Below are positions 11,730 through 24,960 of a stretch of DNA of 64,000 bases, in pieces. The DNA is from Hydrolagus colliei (Eukaryota). Numbering within the stretch: the stretch's first letter is position 1; each line of letters begins with the position of its first letter. The notes under the pieces were generated by a model. That model worked only from the letters and a program-made list of their open reading frames with translations. It made no database searches and had not been told where the DNA came from. The position numbers were made by a program, and so were the translations under genes. The stretch lies in the NCBI GenBank assembly GCA_035084275.1, contig CM068743.1, positions 116,498,001-116,562,000 on the forward strand, read 5' to 3'.

Positions 11730-14075
11730 ATTGATCAAAAAGGAAACATCAATGCATTTACATGGGAAGCTTGAGAGCAGGATCTGAGCTGAGTCGACCG
11801 GAGTGAGCTGAGACCGGAGTGAGAAGGAATTGGGTGGTCACCCCACAGCCACTGAGGGTTCAGAGGGAGAGTGACTGGGTGACAACCTGGCATGGTGGGA
11901 AGAAGGGACGGGCAGTGCAGAAATCCCCCGAAAGTGTGGCACTCGCAAACCAGTACTATGTACTGATGAGGGTGTTGGTACCTCAAGGGAGAATAGTAAG
12001 AAGCAAGTGGGATGCACAGGGAGACACAGGGAAGAGTATCAATGCGGCTGTCATTGGGGATACATCAGTCAAAGGTATAGACAGGTGTTTCCGCAACCAA
12101 AGACTCAGGTGGTATGTTGCCTCCTTGGTGCCAGGGTTGAAGACATCACAGAACAGGTGAATAAAATTCTACAGGGGGAAGTGGAACATACAAAAGTGGG
12201 GGTCCATGTTGGGATCCATGATGTTGGGATACTACAAGGGGTTTATCAGAAGTGGAACATTAGGACCAGTTGTAGGACAGGGGGACTTGTACAAGATGGA
12301 TGGATTACACCCAAAACATAGTTGGGACCAATGTCCTTGGAGGGAGTGAATCTAATGCTATAGGGGAGGGTTACTAATTTTAAGGTGGGAAGGGACTGCA
12401 AAAAGCAGAAGGGATAAGACGTGGGAAAGTTGCAGAACTGGCATGTGTGTAAATGCACTGAGTGTGACAAACAAGATTGGTGAGCTGCAGGCTCAAATTG
12501 CCACCTGTAACCGGAGAAGTGACTCGAACAAGAGCAGGAATGAGAGCTGAATATTCCTGGCTATAGTGTATTCGGGAGGGATAGGGAAGGGAAAATAAAT
12601 AGTGGGCGTAGCAATATTAATTAAAGACATAGTTATAGCCCTGGAAAGAGTCAAGGAACAATTAAAGGTGAAGATACTCAACTGGAAGTAGGTTAATTTT
12701 AGTGAGTTAAAAAGGGACCTAGCCAAGGTGAACTAGAAAGAAAGGTAAAACAGCTAACGGGCAATGGGAAGTCTTCAAGGAGTAGATAGTTTAGGGACAG
12801 AACAAATATATTCCCACAAAGGGAAAAAGTAGGGCATCCGAACCTCCCTGGATGACTAAGGAAATTGAGATTAAAATAAAACTGAAATAGGAGGCTTACA
12901 ACACATGTTAGGCCTAAAATTCAGAAGATAACTAAATAGAATATAGGAAATACAGCGGAGAACTGAAAAAGGAAATAGGAGGGGCAAACAGATTATATGA
13001 GAAAAGATTAACGGGTAACATTAAGGGGAACCCTAAGGTATTTTACAAGCATATCAAAAATAAAAGGTTAGTCAAAGGTAGGCTGGGCCAATTAGGGACC
13101 AAGGTGGAAATCTTATTGTGGGGGCAGAGGGCATGGCTGATGTATTGAATGAGTATTTGCATCTGTCTTCACAAAAGAAGAGGATGCAAATAATGCCACA
13201 GTATCGGAGGAAAGGGTAGAGGAATTGGATAAGTATAAACAAAGAGGAAGTACTAAAAAGATTGATAATGCTCAAGCTAGATAAGTGACCCAGTCTGGAC
13301 AAGATGCATCCTAGGTTTCTAAGGGAAGTATGGATGTAAATAGCAGAGGCTCCGGCCACAATCTTCAAACTTCTGGGTAGTGCCAGGGGACTAGAAGTTT
13401 GCTAATGTTACTCCACTGTACAAAAAGGGGGGGAAAGGACAAGCCTGGGAACTACAGGTCAGTTAGCCTAACATCAGTAGCGGAGAAACTTCTAGAGACA
13501 ATAATCCGGGACAAAATAACTCTTCCCTCTGAAAAATATGGGTTAATAAAGGACAACCAGCACAGATTTATTAAAGGCAAATCTCATCTAACAAACCTAA
13601 TAAGAGTTTTTTGATGAGGTAAAAGAGAAGATGGATGAAGGTAGTGCAATTGTTTTAATTTAAATGGACTTTCAAAAGGCATTTGACAAAGTGCCACATA
13701 AGAGACGTGTAAGGCAAGTAGAAGCCCATGATATTAAAGGGACAGTGGCGCATGGATCCAGAATTGGCTGGGAGACAGAAAGCAGAGAATTGTGGTGAAC
13801 AGTTGTTTTTCTGACTGGAGGGAAATGTACAGTGGCATACCCCAGGGATTGGTATTGGGACCACTGCTCTTTTTAATATATATAAATGACCTGAATTTGG
13901 GTATAAGGAGTAAGACTTCCAGGTTTACAGATGATACAAGGTGAGGAGGATAGCAGATGGCACATAGAATGGTAAAATAGGTAGACACATACATGGCAGA
14001 TGAAGTTTAATGTGGAGAAATGAGAGGTGATGCATTTGGGAGGAAGAATGAGGAGAGGCAATATAGGCTAGATAG
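11730..14075 (+). mobile_element. Degraded CR1 LINE (ORF1 SGNH-esterase remnant, APE, RT)
   Basis: VIGDTSVKGIDR...CCLLGARVEDI...VHVGIHD is the CR1 ORF1 esterase pattern; KPGNYRSVSLTSV...QHRFIKGKSHLTNL is RT. Confidence 0.85.
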
Positions 14076-14324
14076 TACAACAACAACAAAATTACAGTTT
14101 TAGAGCACCTTTCACGTCGGGAGGACATTCCAAGTCGCTGAGCAGTCAGGTCGAGACCCGAGCCCAGGAGAGGGGCAGGGTAGATGGGAGGGGATGGAGA
14201 AAGTTAGGAGGGGAGGGAGAGAGTTGGGAGTTTTCTTCTTTGTCTTCTTTGTCTCCTTTGTCTTCCTTGTCCTTCCTCCCACTCGTTAACTTGTCCTTAA
14301 AAACTTCTCCCTCCTAATATGCCC

Positions 14325-14445
14325 CAGTTCTGACGAAGGGTCGTGGACCCACAACGTTGACTCACTTTCCTTTCTCCATGGTTGAATTTTCCCAGCAACT
14401 TCTGTTTTGGTTTCAGATTTCCAGCATTTGTAGTATTTTGTGTTT
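14325..14445 (+). mobile_element. Penelope-like element terminal remnant with a decayed hammerhead core
   Basis: CTGACGA-A-GGGTC-GTG-GACCC-ACAA-CGTT followed by ...TTTCAGATTTCCAGCAT. Confidence 0.55.
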
Positions 14446-15301
14446 TGTTCAGGCTTGAGATCTGTTTGGTAAGTGTAGAGAATGTATCCATCTGTGCTTA
14501 TAACTGACAGTAATTCAATTTTAAGTGAGAAATTAAGAGGTTATTACATTGTGCACACTACCAACCATCTTAAACTTACTATTTATTTTCAAAGTCTTGG
14601 AATGCATTGTTGTCAACCAAATTCACTTACTCCTTTCTCTCCACTCCCTACTCAAGTCCCTCCAGTCTTGTTTTCCTACTGACCCACAGCCCAGATGGTA
14701 TGGTTATATGGCAGCACTAAATGCATTTCTCGTTCTGCCTTCTCACAATGACTTATGGTGTACCCCAAAGCTCTATTAAAAGTTTACCTGCTTTTTCCCA
14801 TTTACATGCTCCCTTTCGGTAATGTCAACTGGAGACATGAAGTAAACTTCCACAGGAATTTGGATGACACTCAAAAGTACATTTCCTCCTCCAGTCACGA
14901 CCCCAGGTGCACTGTTGTTCTGTCCACTTGCTTGTCAGACATCTATGAATAAGAACAACTTGGATTTATATAGCCCCCTTCATGCGAGGCAGTGTCTCTG
15001 AATGCTTAATAGTTGCAGAGAGAAAGGTGTTTAATCGTGACCTAAAAGAGGGAAAGGAGTGGCATGAATCCAATCTCAACATTGAGATACTCACTATCTT
15101 CAAATGAGAGAAGAGGAGAAGCCTAAGTAATAAAGATTACCAAGCATTCCTTATGAGGCTGAAGTCAGGAAGCACTTTTTCACAATGAGGATTATGATCT
15201 ACTAAAGATCTACTAAACCAATGGAATAGGCTTCAGAAATTCAATTTTAAGTGACAAATTAAACTCTGGCCTCAAAATTGATTTTCAGAATTTCAGACTA
15301 T

Positions 15302-16340
15302 ACAACAAGAACAAAATTACATTTATAGAGCGCCTTTCACTTTGGGAGGACATCCCAAGGCGCTGAACAGTTAGCCCAGGACCCGAGCGGGGATGGGGTT
15401 TGGGGTAGGGTGAAAGAAAGTAGGAGAGTGGGGAGAGTTAGGAGGGGAGCCAAAGGCATGGTTGAAGAGGAAGGTCTTGAGACCGACCTTGAAGGAAGAA
15501 AGGGAGGAAGCGAGGCGAAGGGATTGAGGGATGGAGTTCCAGGGTGTGGGGGCAGAGAGGCTGAAAGCCCAGCCACCAATGGTAGGCTGTTTGGGTGAGG
15601 GACTTGAAGCAGCCAGAGCCCGCTGAACGGAGGGGATGGGCAGGCTGATGGGGAGACAGCAGGTTGGAGAGATAGGCAGGGGCAAGGTTGTGAATGGCTT
15701 TGAAAGTGAGGATGAGGATCTTGAATTCGATCCTTTTGGGGATGGGGAGCCCGTGGAGATGGGCGAGGGTGGGAGTGATGTGGTCACAGAGCCTAGTGCG
15801 GAAGAGTACACGAGCTGCAGAGTTCTGAATAATCTGCAGTTTGTGAAGGGAGGAGCTGGGAAGGCCGACAAGGAGAGAGTGCACGTAGTTGAGCCTAGAG
15901 TGATGAATGCATGGATGAGTCTTTCGGCAGCATGGGTGGTGAGGTAGTGGCGGAGTCTGGCAATGTTGCGGAGGTGGTGGAAGGCTGTACTTGTCATAGA
16001 GCGGATGTTGGGGAGGAAGGACAGTTTGGGGGTCGAACAAGATGCCCAGATTCCTGACTGGCTTTGAGAGGTGGAGAGTGCAGCCTTGAATGCTGATGTT
16101 GCCAGTGCCTGAGGTGCCGAGGCACTGACGAGAGCCAATCAGCAGAGCCTCCGTCTTGTTGACGTTTAGTTGGAGGAAGTTGTCCCTTGTCCAGGACTCA
16201 ATGTTGGACAGACATGCAGTCAGAACGTGAGTCGAGGAGTCGAGGGTGGAATTGGAAAGGTAGAATTGGGTGTCATAAGCATACATGTGGAAATTCACCC
16301 CATGTCTGCCATGATGTCACCGAGGGGGAGCATGTAGAGG
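15302..16340 (-). mobile_element. L2 3' fragment (RT C-terminal part)
   Basis: HMYAYDTQFYL and DNFLQLNVNKTE motifs; L2 tail at about 15302. Confidence 0.88.
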
Positions 16341-17461
16341 GTGAACAGTGTACTTTCCCCCTCTGCTTCTATTATCTGGGTCCCAGACATCTCTCCTTGT
16401 TTTGCATTATTGACACTTGTCCCCAGTTTTGTTGCATTGATGTTTGAAATGTAGACCTTTTATCAGACCTGAAATAGTGGCTTGGAGAACTTCTGTATAA
16501 AATAGAAGAGGACAAGAAAATAAGCAACCTCTCCCACTCCATAAAATATACAGGAAAGAGATTTAAAAAAATTAGTTGCCTGGCCCTTAATAGATTGTGG
16601 AATGCTGTTGTTGGGAGGTCAAATAAGAAAATAAGAGCTGCGACAGCAACAAGAAGTCTGAAATTCCAAGCAGGCACAGAAAAAGAATGGAATAGAAAAC
16701 ATATTGAGGGAGTGGAAGGATAGTGTAAGAAATTAGAAGAACAGATAAAGTTTAATGGTCTGTACATGAAATCTGGAAGAGTTTAAAACAATTCATATTA
16801 ATGCTGTCAAATATCCTACATTAAGAAAATGAGAGTTGTGTGTCTCTCAATTATTAGTGAGGGAAACCTTCTTCTTATGTATTTTTGTTTCAGTTTATCT
16901 ACCCACTAGGTGCCAGAGGGTTGATTGCAAATGTATCTTTTAGGACTTCAACAGTTATTGGGGAGTCACCTCCAAAACAGTGCTCCATCTTGTGGCAATG
17001 CTTGAGAACAGGTAAAGCTGATTTATAATAATAATAATGTTCCTTGCATTTGATATAGCAATTTTCACAACTTATCGACATCTCAAAGCGCTTCACAGAA
17101 TATACTGTAAAGTGTATTGACTGATTTGACACAAGAGCAGTAGTTTGAGAGAGCTGATCACAGATGGGTTCAGTTGAAGAAAGCCCCATCGTCCAATTTG
17201 ATATTATCCTTCCAGAATACTCACCATAACATCCTTTGCATCTTCAAGCTGCTGCTTAAGTGAGTCCAGTGTCCTGACCTCAACCACTTTTCCCATCAAT
17301 CTGTTCCAGTTGTTAATTAACTATGTTTGTGGCCTAATAGTAAAATAAAATCCCCGCCCATCCATCTGCATGTCTGCAATTTTTTGCATCTGTGTTTTTT
17401 TAAATTGTGAAATGCCACATGGCAGTCTCAGTTACTTAACACAGCCTTTACCTTACAGCAT

Positions 17462-18693
17462 TGAACAATATGCCTTTCTCCTCCAACGTCTTTCCTCCCA
17501 CCTCAACCTTCAAGGCACAGTCCTTGACTGGTTCCATTCCTACCTGACCCACCGTTTACACTTTGTTTCTTCAAACGGTTTTTCCTCAAACCCCAGCACA
17601 GTTTCTCACGGCTTCCCTCAGGGCTCTGTCCTAGGCCCCCTCCTTTTCACCCTTTACACGCTCCCTCTGGGCGATGTCATCCGCAAACATGGGGTAAATT
17701 TCCACATGTATGCGGACGACACCCAGCTGTACTTTTCTGCCTCATCCCTCAATCCCCCAGACCATCGATGTTCTGACAGCATGTCTGTCCGACATTGAGT
17801 CCTGGACGAGGGACAACTTCCTGCAATTGAACGTGAGTAAGACCGAGGCCCTCCTGATCGACTCAAGCCAGCGCCTCTGCACATCGGGCGCTGCCAGCCT
17901 CAACATGCAAGGCTGTACTCTCCACCTCACAAAACCAATCAGGAACCTCGGCATCATGTTCGATCAAAAACTCTCCTTCCTCCCCCACATCCGTGCCTTG
18001 ACCGGCACCGCTTATTTCCACCTGCGCAATATTGTCAGGCTCTGCAACTATCTTACCCCCCGCACTGCCGAAACACTCGTGCACGCATACATCACCTCGA
18101 GGCTGGACTACGGAAACTCTCTCCTCGTCGGCCTCCCCAGTTCCTCCATTCACAGGCTGCAGGTCATCCAAAACTCTGCAGCCCGTGTATTATCCCGCCT
18201 CCGCGACCGTATAACCCCCACCCTCGTCCGTCTCCATTGGCTCCCCATTCTCCAGAGGATCGAGTTCAAGATCCTCGTCCTCACCTTCAAGGCCTTACAC
18301 GGCCTTGCCCCGCCCTATTTAACCAATCTACTTTCCCCCTACAAGCCCACCCGGACCCTCCGTTCAACAGGACGTGGCCTGCTCCAAGCCCCCCACCCGA
18401 ACCGCCCCACCATCGGAGGCCGGGCCTTCAGTTTCTCTGCTACCACCCTATGGAATACCATCTCCCAATCCCTCCGTCTCATTTCTTCCCTTTCCTCTTT
18501 CAAGGCCAGTTTGAAGACTTTCCTCTTCAACCGTGCCTTTTGTTCCACCCCGAATTTTTTGACCTCCCCTTCGTGTTTCACCCCTTCCCAAACACTCCCC
18601 TCTCAGCTCGGGTCACATGCCTCCTGTGCAGCGCCTTGAGACGTCCTCCCGATGTGAAAGGTGCTCTATAAATGTAATTTGTTGTTGTTGTTG
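17462..18693 (+). mobile_element. 5'-truncated young L2 copy, same family as 36648-39955
   Basis: PQGSVLGP and YADDTQLY motifs, translation about 90% identical by eye, (TTG)n tail. Confidence 0.92.
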
Positions 18694-19244
18694 TAGTAAT
18701 TGGCCTTACTAATAATAATTTTAGCATTTTGAAATAATGTCACAGCATATATCTTATGAAGTGTAGTGACTGTGCATTTTAGGTGAACCTAGCAGCCAAT
18801 ACGCCCAAAGCAACATCACACAAACCAACCATGAACTAATAGCAATAATAATAATACTTACATTTGATGGAGCACCTTATCATATATTCGAGACATCTCA
18901 AAGCATTTCACAGAATTTATTGTAAATTTACTGCAACATCCACTTGAACATACAGACAGGAACTTTTAAAGACCCATCTGAAAGACGACACTGAAAACAA
19001 TACAGAACATCACCAGCACGATGACTCAAAGTGTAGGGATTGAGCCCTTACCTTTGGCCTCAGAGACAAGAATGCTACTGTTAGTCTGTGTGGTTTATTT
19101 CAAAAGCGTTTACCTGCCCCACCACTACTAGAAGTATCATGTGGAGATAAGAAGACCTATCAATAAACATTTCCAAATTTAAGCTGTTTTTTTCCTTTGC
19201 TTTGAGTTGAGGGGTAATAATGAGCCAGTTCTGCTATAACAATA

Positions 19245-19700
19245 ACAACAACAACAACTTTGATCTATATAGCGCCCTCCATACTGGACGGCTTCTCAAA
19301 GCGCTTCACAATAACAGATCCCGGGCCCGAGCCAGGGGGAGGGTGACAAAGGTGACCGAAGGTGCGGTCAAAAAGAAAGGTCTTCAGCTGAGACCTGAAA
19401 CTAGGAAGAGAGGGGGCGAGGCAAATAGAGTGAGGAAGGGAGTTTCAGAGCTTCAGGACATAGTGGCTGAAGGCATGGCCACCAATAGTGGAGCGGAGGA
19501 TTCGGGGGACAAGGAGGAGACCAGAACTGGAGGAACGAAGGCAATGGGTGTTGTGTTGGGGAGAGAGGAGGTCAGACAGGTAGTGGAGTGCAGAAGAGTG
19601 GAGAGATTTGAAAACAAGAGTGAGGATCTTGAAATCGATCCTCTCCGGGACAGGGAGCCAGTGAAGTATGGCAAGGTCTGGGGTAATCGGGGAGCAAAGT
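19245..19700 (-). mobile_element. L2 3' fragment
   Basis: LHWLPVPERIDFKIL; (AAC)n tail. Confidence 0.8.
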
Positions 19701-19758
19701 GACCAGTCATAGAAGGCTTTACACAGAGTTAGCTTGTGGTGAACAATAGACGCTGGAT

Positions 19759-20114
19759 CAGTGGTTTCCAACCTTTTTTTGCTTGAACCTAAATTGGCCA
19801 CCAACAGGACCTCCCGACCCTTAGGAGGCGACTGCGGGACTCAATCGAAGCTCAGCCAAGACGATATCTCCGTCTCTTTTGTGGACTCAGCGCAACTCGC
19901 TAATAAGGTCTTTCATACAAATTGATCGGCAGTGTCGGCTCGGGCTCTTTGCATTAAAATGCATTAAAAAAGCATTTTCAGCATTAAAAAAACTCAAACA
20001 AAATTTTTCAGCATTAAAAAAAGCACAACAACATTTTTCTGATGACCCTTCGCGACCCTACTGAGTACCTCCGCGACGCTGATTTGGGTCGGGACCCGAG
20101 GTTGGGAACCACTG
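19759..20114. mobile_element. hAT (Charlie-like) MITE, 356 bp
   Basis: TIRs CAGTGGTT(T/C)CCAACCT (15/16 match); 8-bp TSD-like flanks CGCTGGAT/CGTTAGAT. Confidence 0.82.
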
Positions 20115-20267
20115 CGTTAGATGAACACTTCAATTTGTTTCTTCAAACCGTTCTAACAGTTCACGCCTGTTATTCTCCACCTGATCCTGGTTTGGAGATC
20201 TATACAGAAGTACTCGATAGCTTAGCAACCGAGAGCTCTACTTCTTACAACCACAAGAGCTGTTGCA

Positions 20268-20298
20268 ATTGGTTGAAGTGTTTTCAGTTGATTTGCAT
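20268..20298 (+). promoter_or_regulatory. V4 promoter: ATTGG plus perfect octamer ATTTGCAT
   Basis: ATTGG 20268-20272; ATTTGCAT 20291-20298. Confidence 0.5.
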
Positions 20299-20409
20299 TG
20301 CTGTTGAGCTGTCACTGCCAGATATAAATGGTAGCTAACCACACATTATCGCAACTTCAGAAATTTCTCTCCAATTCATTGTAACGCATCACATATATAT
20401 ATATATAAA

Positions 20410-20885
20410 ATGTGGCAGTATCTTATGTATATTCTAGTAACCCTTTTGCCAGGTAAATGTTTTCACACGCATTTAGCAATTTCCTCACACATTTGTATAA
20501 CGTCTTAAAAACACCTGGATAATTATCGTTCAAACATTGTAAAATCAAACAAATGAACCCTTTCAATTCTTTTGCAGGTGGATGTGAAGGCTTTTCGTTG
20601 ATACAGGGGGAGCTAACAATTTCCAAGCCATCAGGAAAGACCACCATATTCACATGTAAAATACAAGGTGGTTCAATGAGCAGCAGCATTATTCATTGGT
20701 ACCGTCAGCTGCCTGGAAAGGAGCTGCAATGGATGCTTTATTACAACTCACTGAGTCAAAAAGAATACGCCAAGGAGTTTCAGCAGAAATTCACTGCAAG
20801 GAAGAAAGATGACGCTTGCTTACTTTCAATAACAAACATACAGAAGGCTGATGCTGCCACATTTTACTGTGCTTCGTGGGATTAC
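20410..20885 (+). CDS. TRGV: TCR gamma V segment V4 (leader 20410-20452, V exon 20578-20885)
   Basis: Leader MWQYLMYILVTLLP, GTAAAT/TTTGCAG intron, IFTC...HWYRQ...FYCASWDY. Confidence 0.95.
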
Positions 20886-20924
20886 CACAGCCACTCAGAG
20901 CCATTGAAACCTCACACAAAAACC
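20886..20924 (+). other. 23-RSS of V4
   Basis: CACAGCC + 23 nt + ACAAAAACC. Confidence 0.92.
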
Positions 20925-22109
20925 TGTTCTGACACTTTTGCAGCACCTCTGATGATTCGGGGATAAAATACATTGCATGAGTTTGCGCTGTTGTTTTGGG
21001 GGTGTTAAATTGGTCAGTGTCATTCTTCCCTTCCACCCTACCAGGTTACAAGCAAGAAAAATAGCAATAATTTCTACTTGCTTATTGGTTAGAGCACTCG
21101 ACTCGCAAGCGAGAGGTCATGGGTTAGATTACTGTTCGGGGTGAAACATTAAATAAGTTTCCTTACAGTGCTTTGAGACACGCTATATCAAATGCAAGGA
21201 TGATTATTAGTAGTAGTTTTGAATCACTTTCCAGTAACATCTCCTGAAAGGTGTGCATGTGTAAATGCAAGTTCAATAAATGAAGTCCTGCAGCAAAGTG
21301 TTGGAACACTTGCCTGTAAGCAAGAGGACCTGTGTTCGATTCCCAGCCAGGGCGAAACATTCTGCAAGTTTCCTTGCTCCACACACTCCTGTTTACCTAG
21401 CAGTAAGTAGGAACCCAGTTGTTAGTCAATTGACGGATCACTTTTCAAGTGATGGCTTTAAATCCTGACTGTTCAGCACTTTAAGATGTCCTCCTGACGT
21501 GAAAGGCACTATATGAATGTAATTTGTTGTTGTTGGCTTGTGCTCTGTCTGAAGCCAATTAGTAAGCAATATTCATTGAAGTGCTCCTTAAAAATTATAA
21601 AATGTTATAGCAGAAACATACAGAAACATATCTTTCAGCTAGCATTTTTCTTCATTACAGCTTCCTTGTTCAAACCCACTCTGCTTCTCATTCCCCATAT
21701 CTTATACCATTTTTATTTTGCACTAATATAAATAATCATAAGAATCTGCCAAATGTAATAATAAATAACTAAAATATTATAGATTCTGTTTATATGAAAA
21801 AAGTCTATAACTGAGTACCTACTATGGGTACTTCCCAGTGGTTTGCATTTATTTTCACGAAATGGAACTTGATCTAGCATGTAAATATTGTTGTTGATGT
21901 GTTGCTTGGTGTCATCACCCAAAGCCTATATGTTATCTCAGAGTAATTAGTTTCATTTTTATTATGCCTTAGTGTCTTTTATCCTGGAAATACACAATCA
22001 CTACAGTCACTATATCTCAGTTTTCTACAATGCTTTGAAGCGCTTCAAGACGTCCTCCTGATGTAAAACGTGCACCAGTGTATGGCAGTAAGGATTGTCT
22101 TTATTTCAC

Positions 22110-22395
22110 TTAGTTCAGTGGTTAGAACACTCACCTTGCAAGTGAGAGACCCTGGTTCGATCCCAGGCAAAGCGAAACCTTGGGCAAGTTTCCTTACTCC
22201 ACACACTTGATAATAATCCCTTGGAAAAAGAAAACACTAATAAATTGGTTATTTCAATCCACTGTTTGTGGAATGCTGCTGTGTGCAATTGGCTGCTGCA
22301 TTTCGCCCACAAAAACAGTCAATTTACTTAACGGCATATTCTTTGAAGCACTTTGAGACATCCAGCAGATGTGAAAAGCGCTATTTCAAATCGCA
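22110..22395 (+). mobile_element. tRNA-headed SINE; a second partial copy follows to about 22720
   Basis: A and B boxes, core and tail as above. Confidence 0.8.
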
Positions 22396-24029
22396 GGTGA
22401 GCAAAAATGGGTTTGTTTTCAGGGCAGAGCGAAATGATAGGCAAGTTTCCTTACTCCACATGTCTGTTTAACTAGCAGTAAGTGGGAACCCAATAAGTGG
22501 TCTAATAATGGATTGCTTTTCCAGGGTAATAATCCCGTTTTTTTTAAAAAAAATTGGTCACACAAACTGTTTAGGACACTGCTGTGCACAATTGGCTGCC
22601 ACATTTCGTCCACAAAATATACAGTCAATTTGCTTTATAGTATATTTTGTGAAGGGCTTTGAGATGTCTCAAAGACATGATAAGGTGCTATATCAAATGC
22701 AAGGATTGTTATTACTATTATATTATAATGTTTGCTTCAGGAATTGCATTTGCAAACCATCATATTCGTTGTGATACATGTTGTGAATCTGAAAGGCTAA
22801 TAAATCTGAGGTCAAAGGAACTGCCGTCTTTTATTATTTGGATTCAACAACCAATGTACACCATTCCTATCATTCCAATCTCTTGGGAGAGTTACAATTT
22901 GCTTTGTCCTGTACTACCATCTAGTGGTTCATAATCACAGCATTAAGATAGAAATCCCACCGGGGTTTAGAATTACAGCATTTTCTATTAGTAATTCAAG
23001 GTCTAGAAAGAGTGTGTCAAATTAAATTTTTTTGAAGCAAGTCTTTTTTTCACATGTATTGCTCAGAATTATGGAAAACCAGCTTTGAGGTTACAATCAA
23101 ATTAAAAAATGTATCAAATTCAGGGCATTGTTAAATCTCTGAAGAAATCTAGAAACAAATGGAATTTCTCCTATATGTTGCTTTATTTCTGAGTCTGAGA
23201 CATTGACCTTAACTTGAGGAAATTGTCTCCACTGCATAAATCATCAAATAAATTTTAATAACTAAACCTCTAAATTATTCTTTATTTTTCGAGGTTTTTA
23301 TCAGTGTTGGATTTGTGGTGGATTATTCTCTTTGAAGGTGTACTGTTGCTCAAAATGCCACAACCACCACAATCTTCTGAGCTCAGGCTATGTTGAATAG
23401 TTGAAAGTTTCAACTTACTTACAGATCAACAGGTATAATTTTCTACCTAGGTTCTACATTTACTATATTTATATAACTTTGGGAGAGTCTAAAATTTGGT
23501 AAATTGAGTCTTAAATTTTGAAGTTACTCTGATGTCCCAAGGTGTCCTCCCGACATGAAAGGCACTATACAATTATAATTTGTTGTTATTGTTGAGGTTA
23601 GGGTTAGGCCTGTATTTAAGAATTTGCATTGTGTGGGATGCTGTGAAATGCTACATTGAGTAAATCTAGATCTAGATGTAATTTCTCCTCACAGCTCGGA
23701 GAGTGAGTGGTGTGCATTCAGGTGCAAATTCCTCAAATGGCATATTCCGTTGCATTCTGTAATACAGCTACAAGTTGCCTAAAAAAACCTGCAAATCTTT
23801 AAAATGAATCTGAATAAACTGGACATGAGTTCTGATACAGAATCATACCTGAAATATTAACCTGTTTTTCCATTTAAGGTCCTAACTGAACTGTGCTTTT
23901 CTTGCATTTTGCTTCAAGTTTGCTCCACACAGAATCCTTAGTCACTTTACTCCACTACTGCCACTACTGCCTCTCCACCATTCTCAATGACCTTGGCCAC
24001 CTCACCTGCCCTACCACCTCCTACTGATG

Positions 24030-24960
24030 CAACTCACTCTGGTACATCAGTCACCTCTGCTCAAGGGTCAGATATGTGCCACTGAATGTACCCGCTTCAA
24101 ATCTGATTTAACATTCCATCAGCAGAGCTGGCTGGACCACATAAAAACTTCACGGTCCACCCTCACCTCTGCTAAATTGTCCTTCTATTCCAAGATAATC
24201 TTGGAGGCCGAGGACCTGAGACTCCTCTTTTTCACTACCAGCTGGCTACTTCATCCACCCTCTCAACCTTACCCACTCTCCAACTCCAACTGTGAGGAGA
24301 TGCTGGATTTCCTCAAGAACAAAAATTGGCAGGATCCATTCAGCCACCTATAACCTCCCAAATGCCAACCTATCCCTGTCCTTCCCTCACACCCCAGCCC
24401 CTATCCACCCATCCCTCCACACCTTTGAACCTGTCTCCCCCTCCTCGTTCACCACCACTATTACCTTCATGAACTCCACCACCAGCTCCTTTAACCCATC
24501 CCTACCTGTCTCTTTACCTCCTAGCTCCACCTCCTCGCCCTTTATTCTCAGACCTCACCAACCTCTCCCGATCAACAGGCACTGTTCCACCATCTCATCC
24601 AACATTGCCTGGCTCCATTGGCTCCCCATCCCTCAGAGGATCAAGTTTAAGATCCTTGTCCTTACCTTCAAGGCCCTTCATGGCTTTGCTCCCTCCTACG
24701 TCTCTGACCTGCTAACCCCTTATCAACCTGTACATTCCCTCAGCTCGTAGGCTCGGGCCTGCTCCATGTCCCCCAGCCGGCTTACCTTCAGCCTTTCTTC
24801 CCCCACCCTCCAGAACTCCCATCTCACATTCCCTTCACCTCACTCTCTCCTTTGCCTTCTTCAAGGCATGCCTCGAGCCCCTCTTCCCTTTGGCCCTCTC
24901 TCTGCTACCCACACTCCTTGATCCCAACTCCCCATCCCTGCTTGGGTCCTAATCCCTGTT
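24030..24960 (+). mobile_element. Degraded, internally deleted L2
   Basis: SAKLSFYSKIILEA...CEEMLDFL and LHWLPIPQRIKFKIL. Confidence 0.75.
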
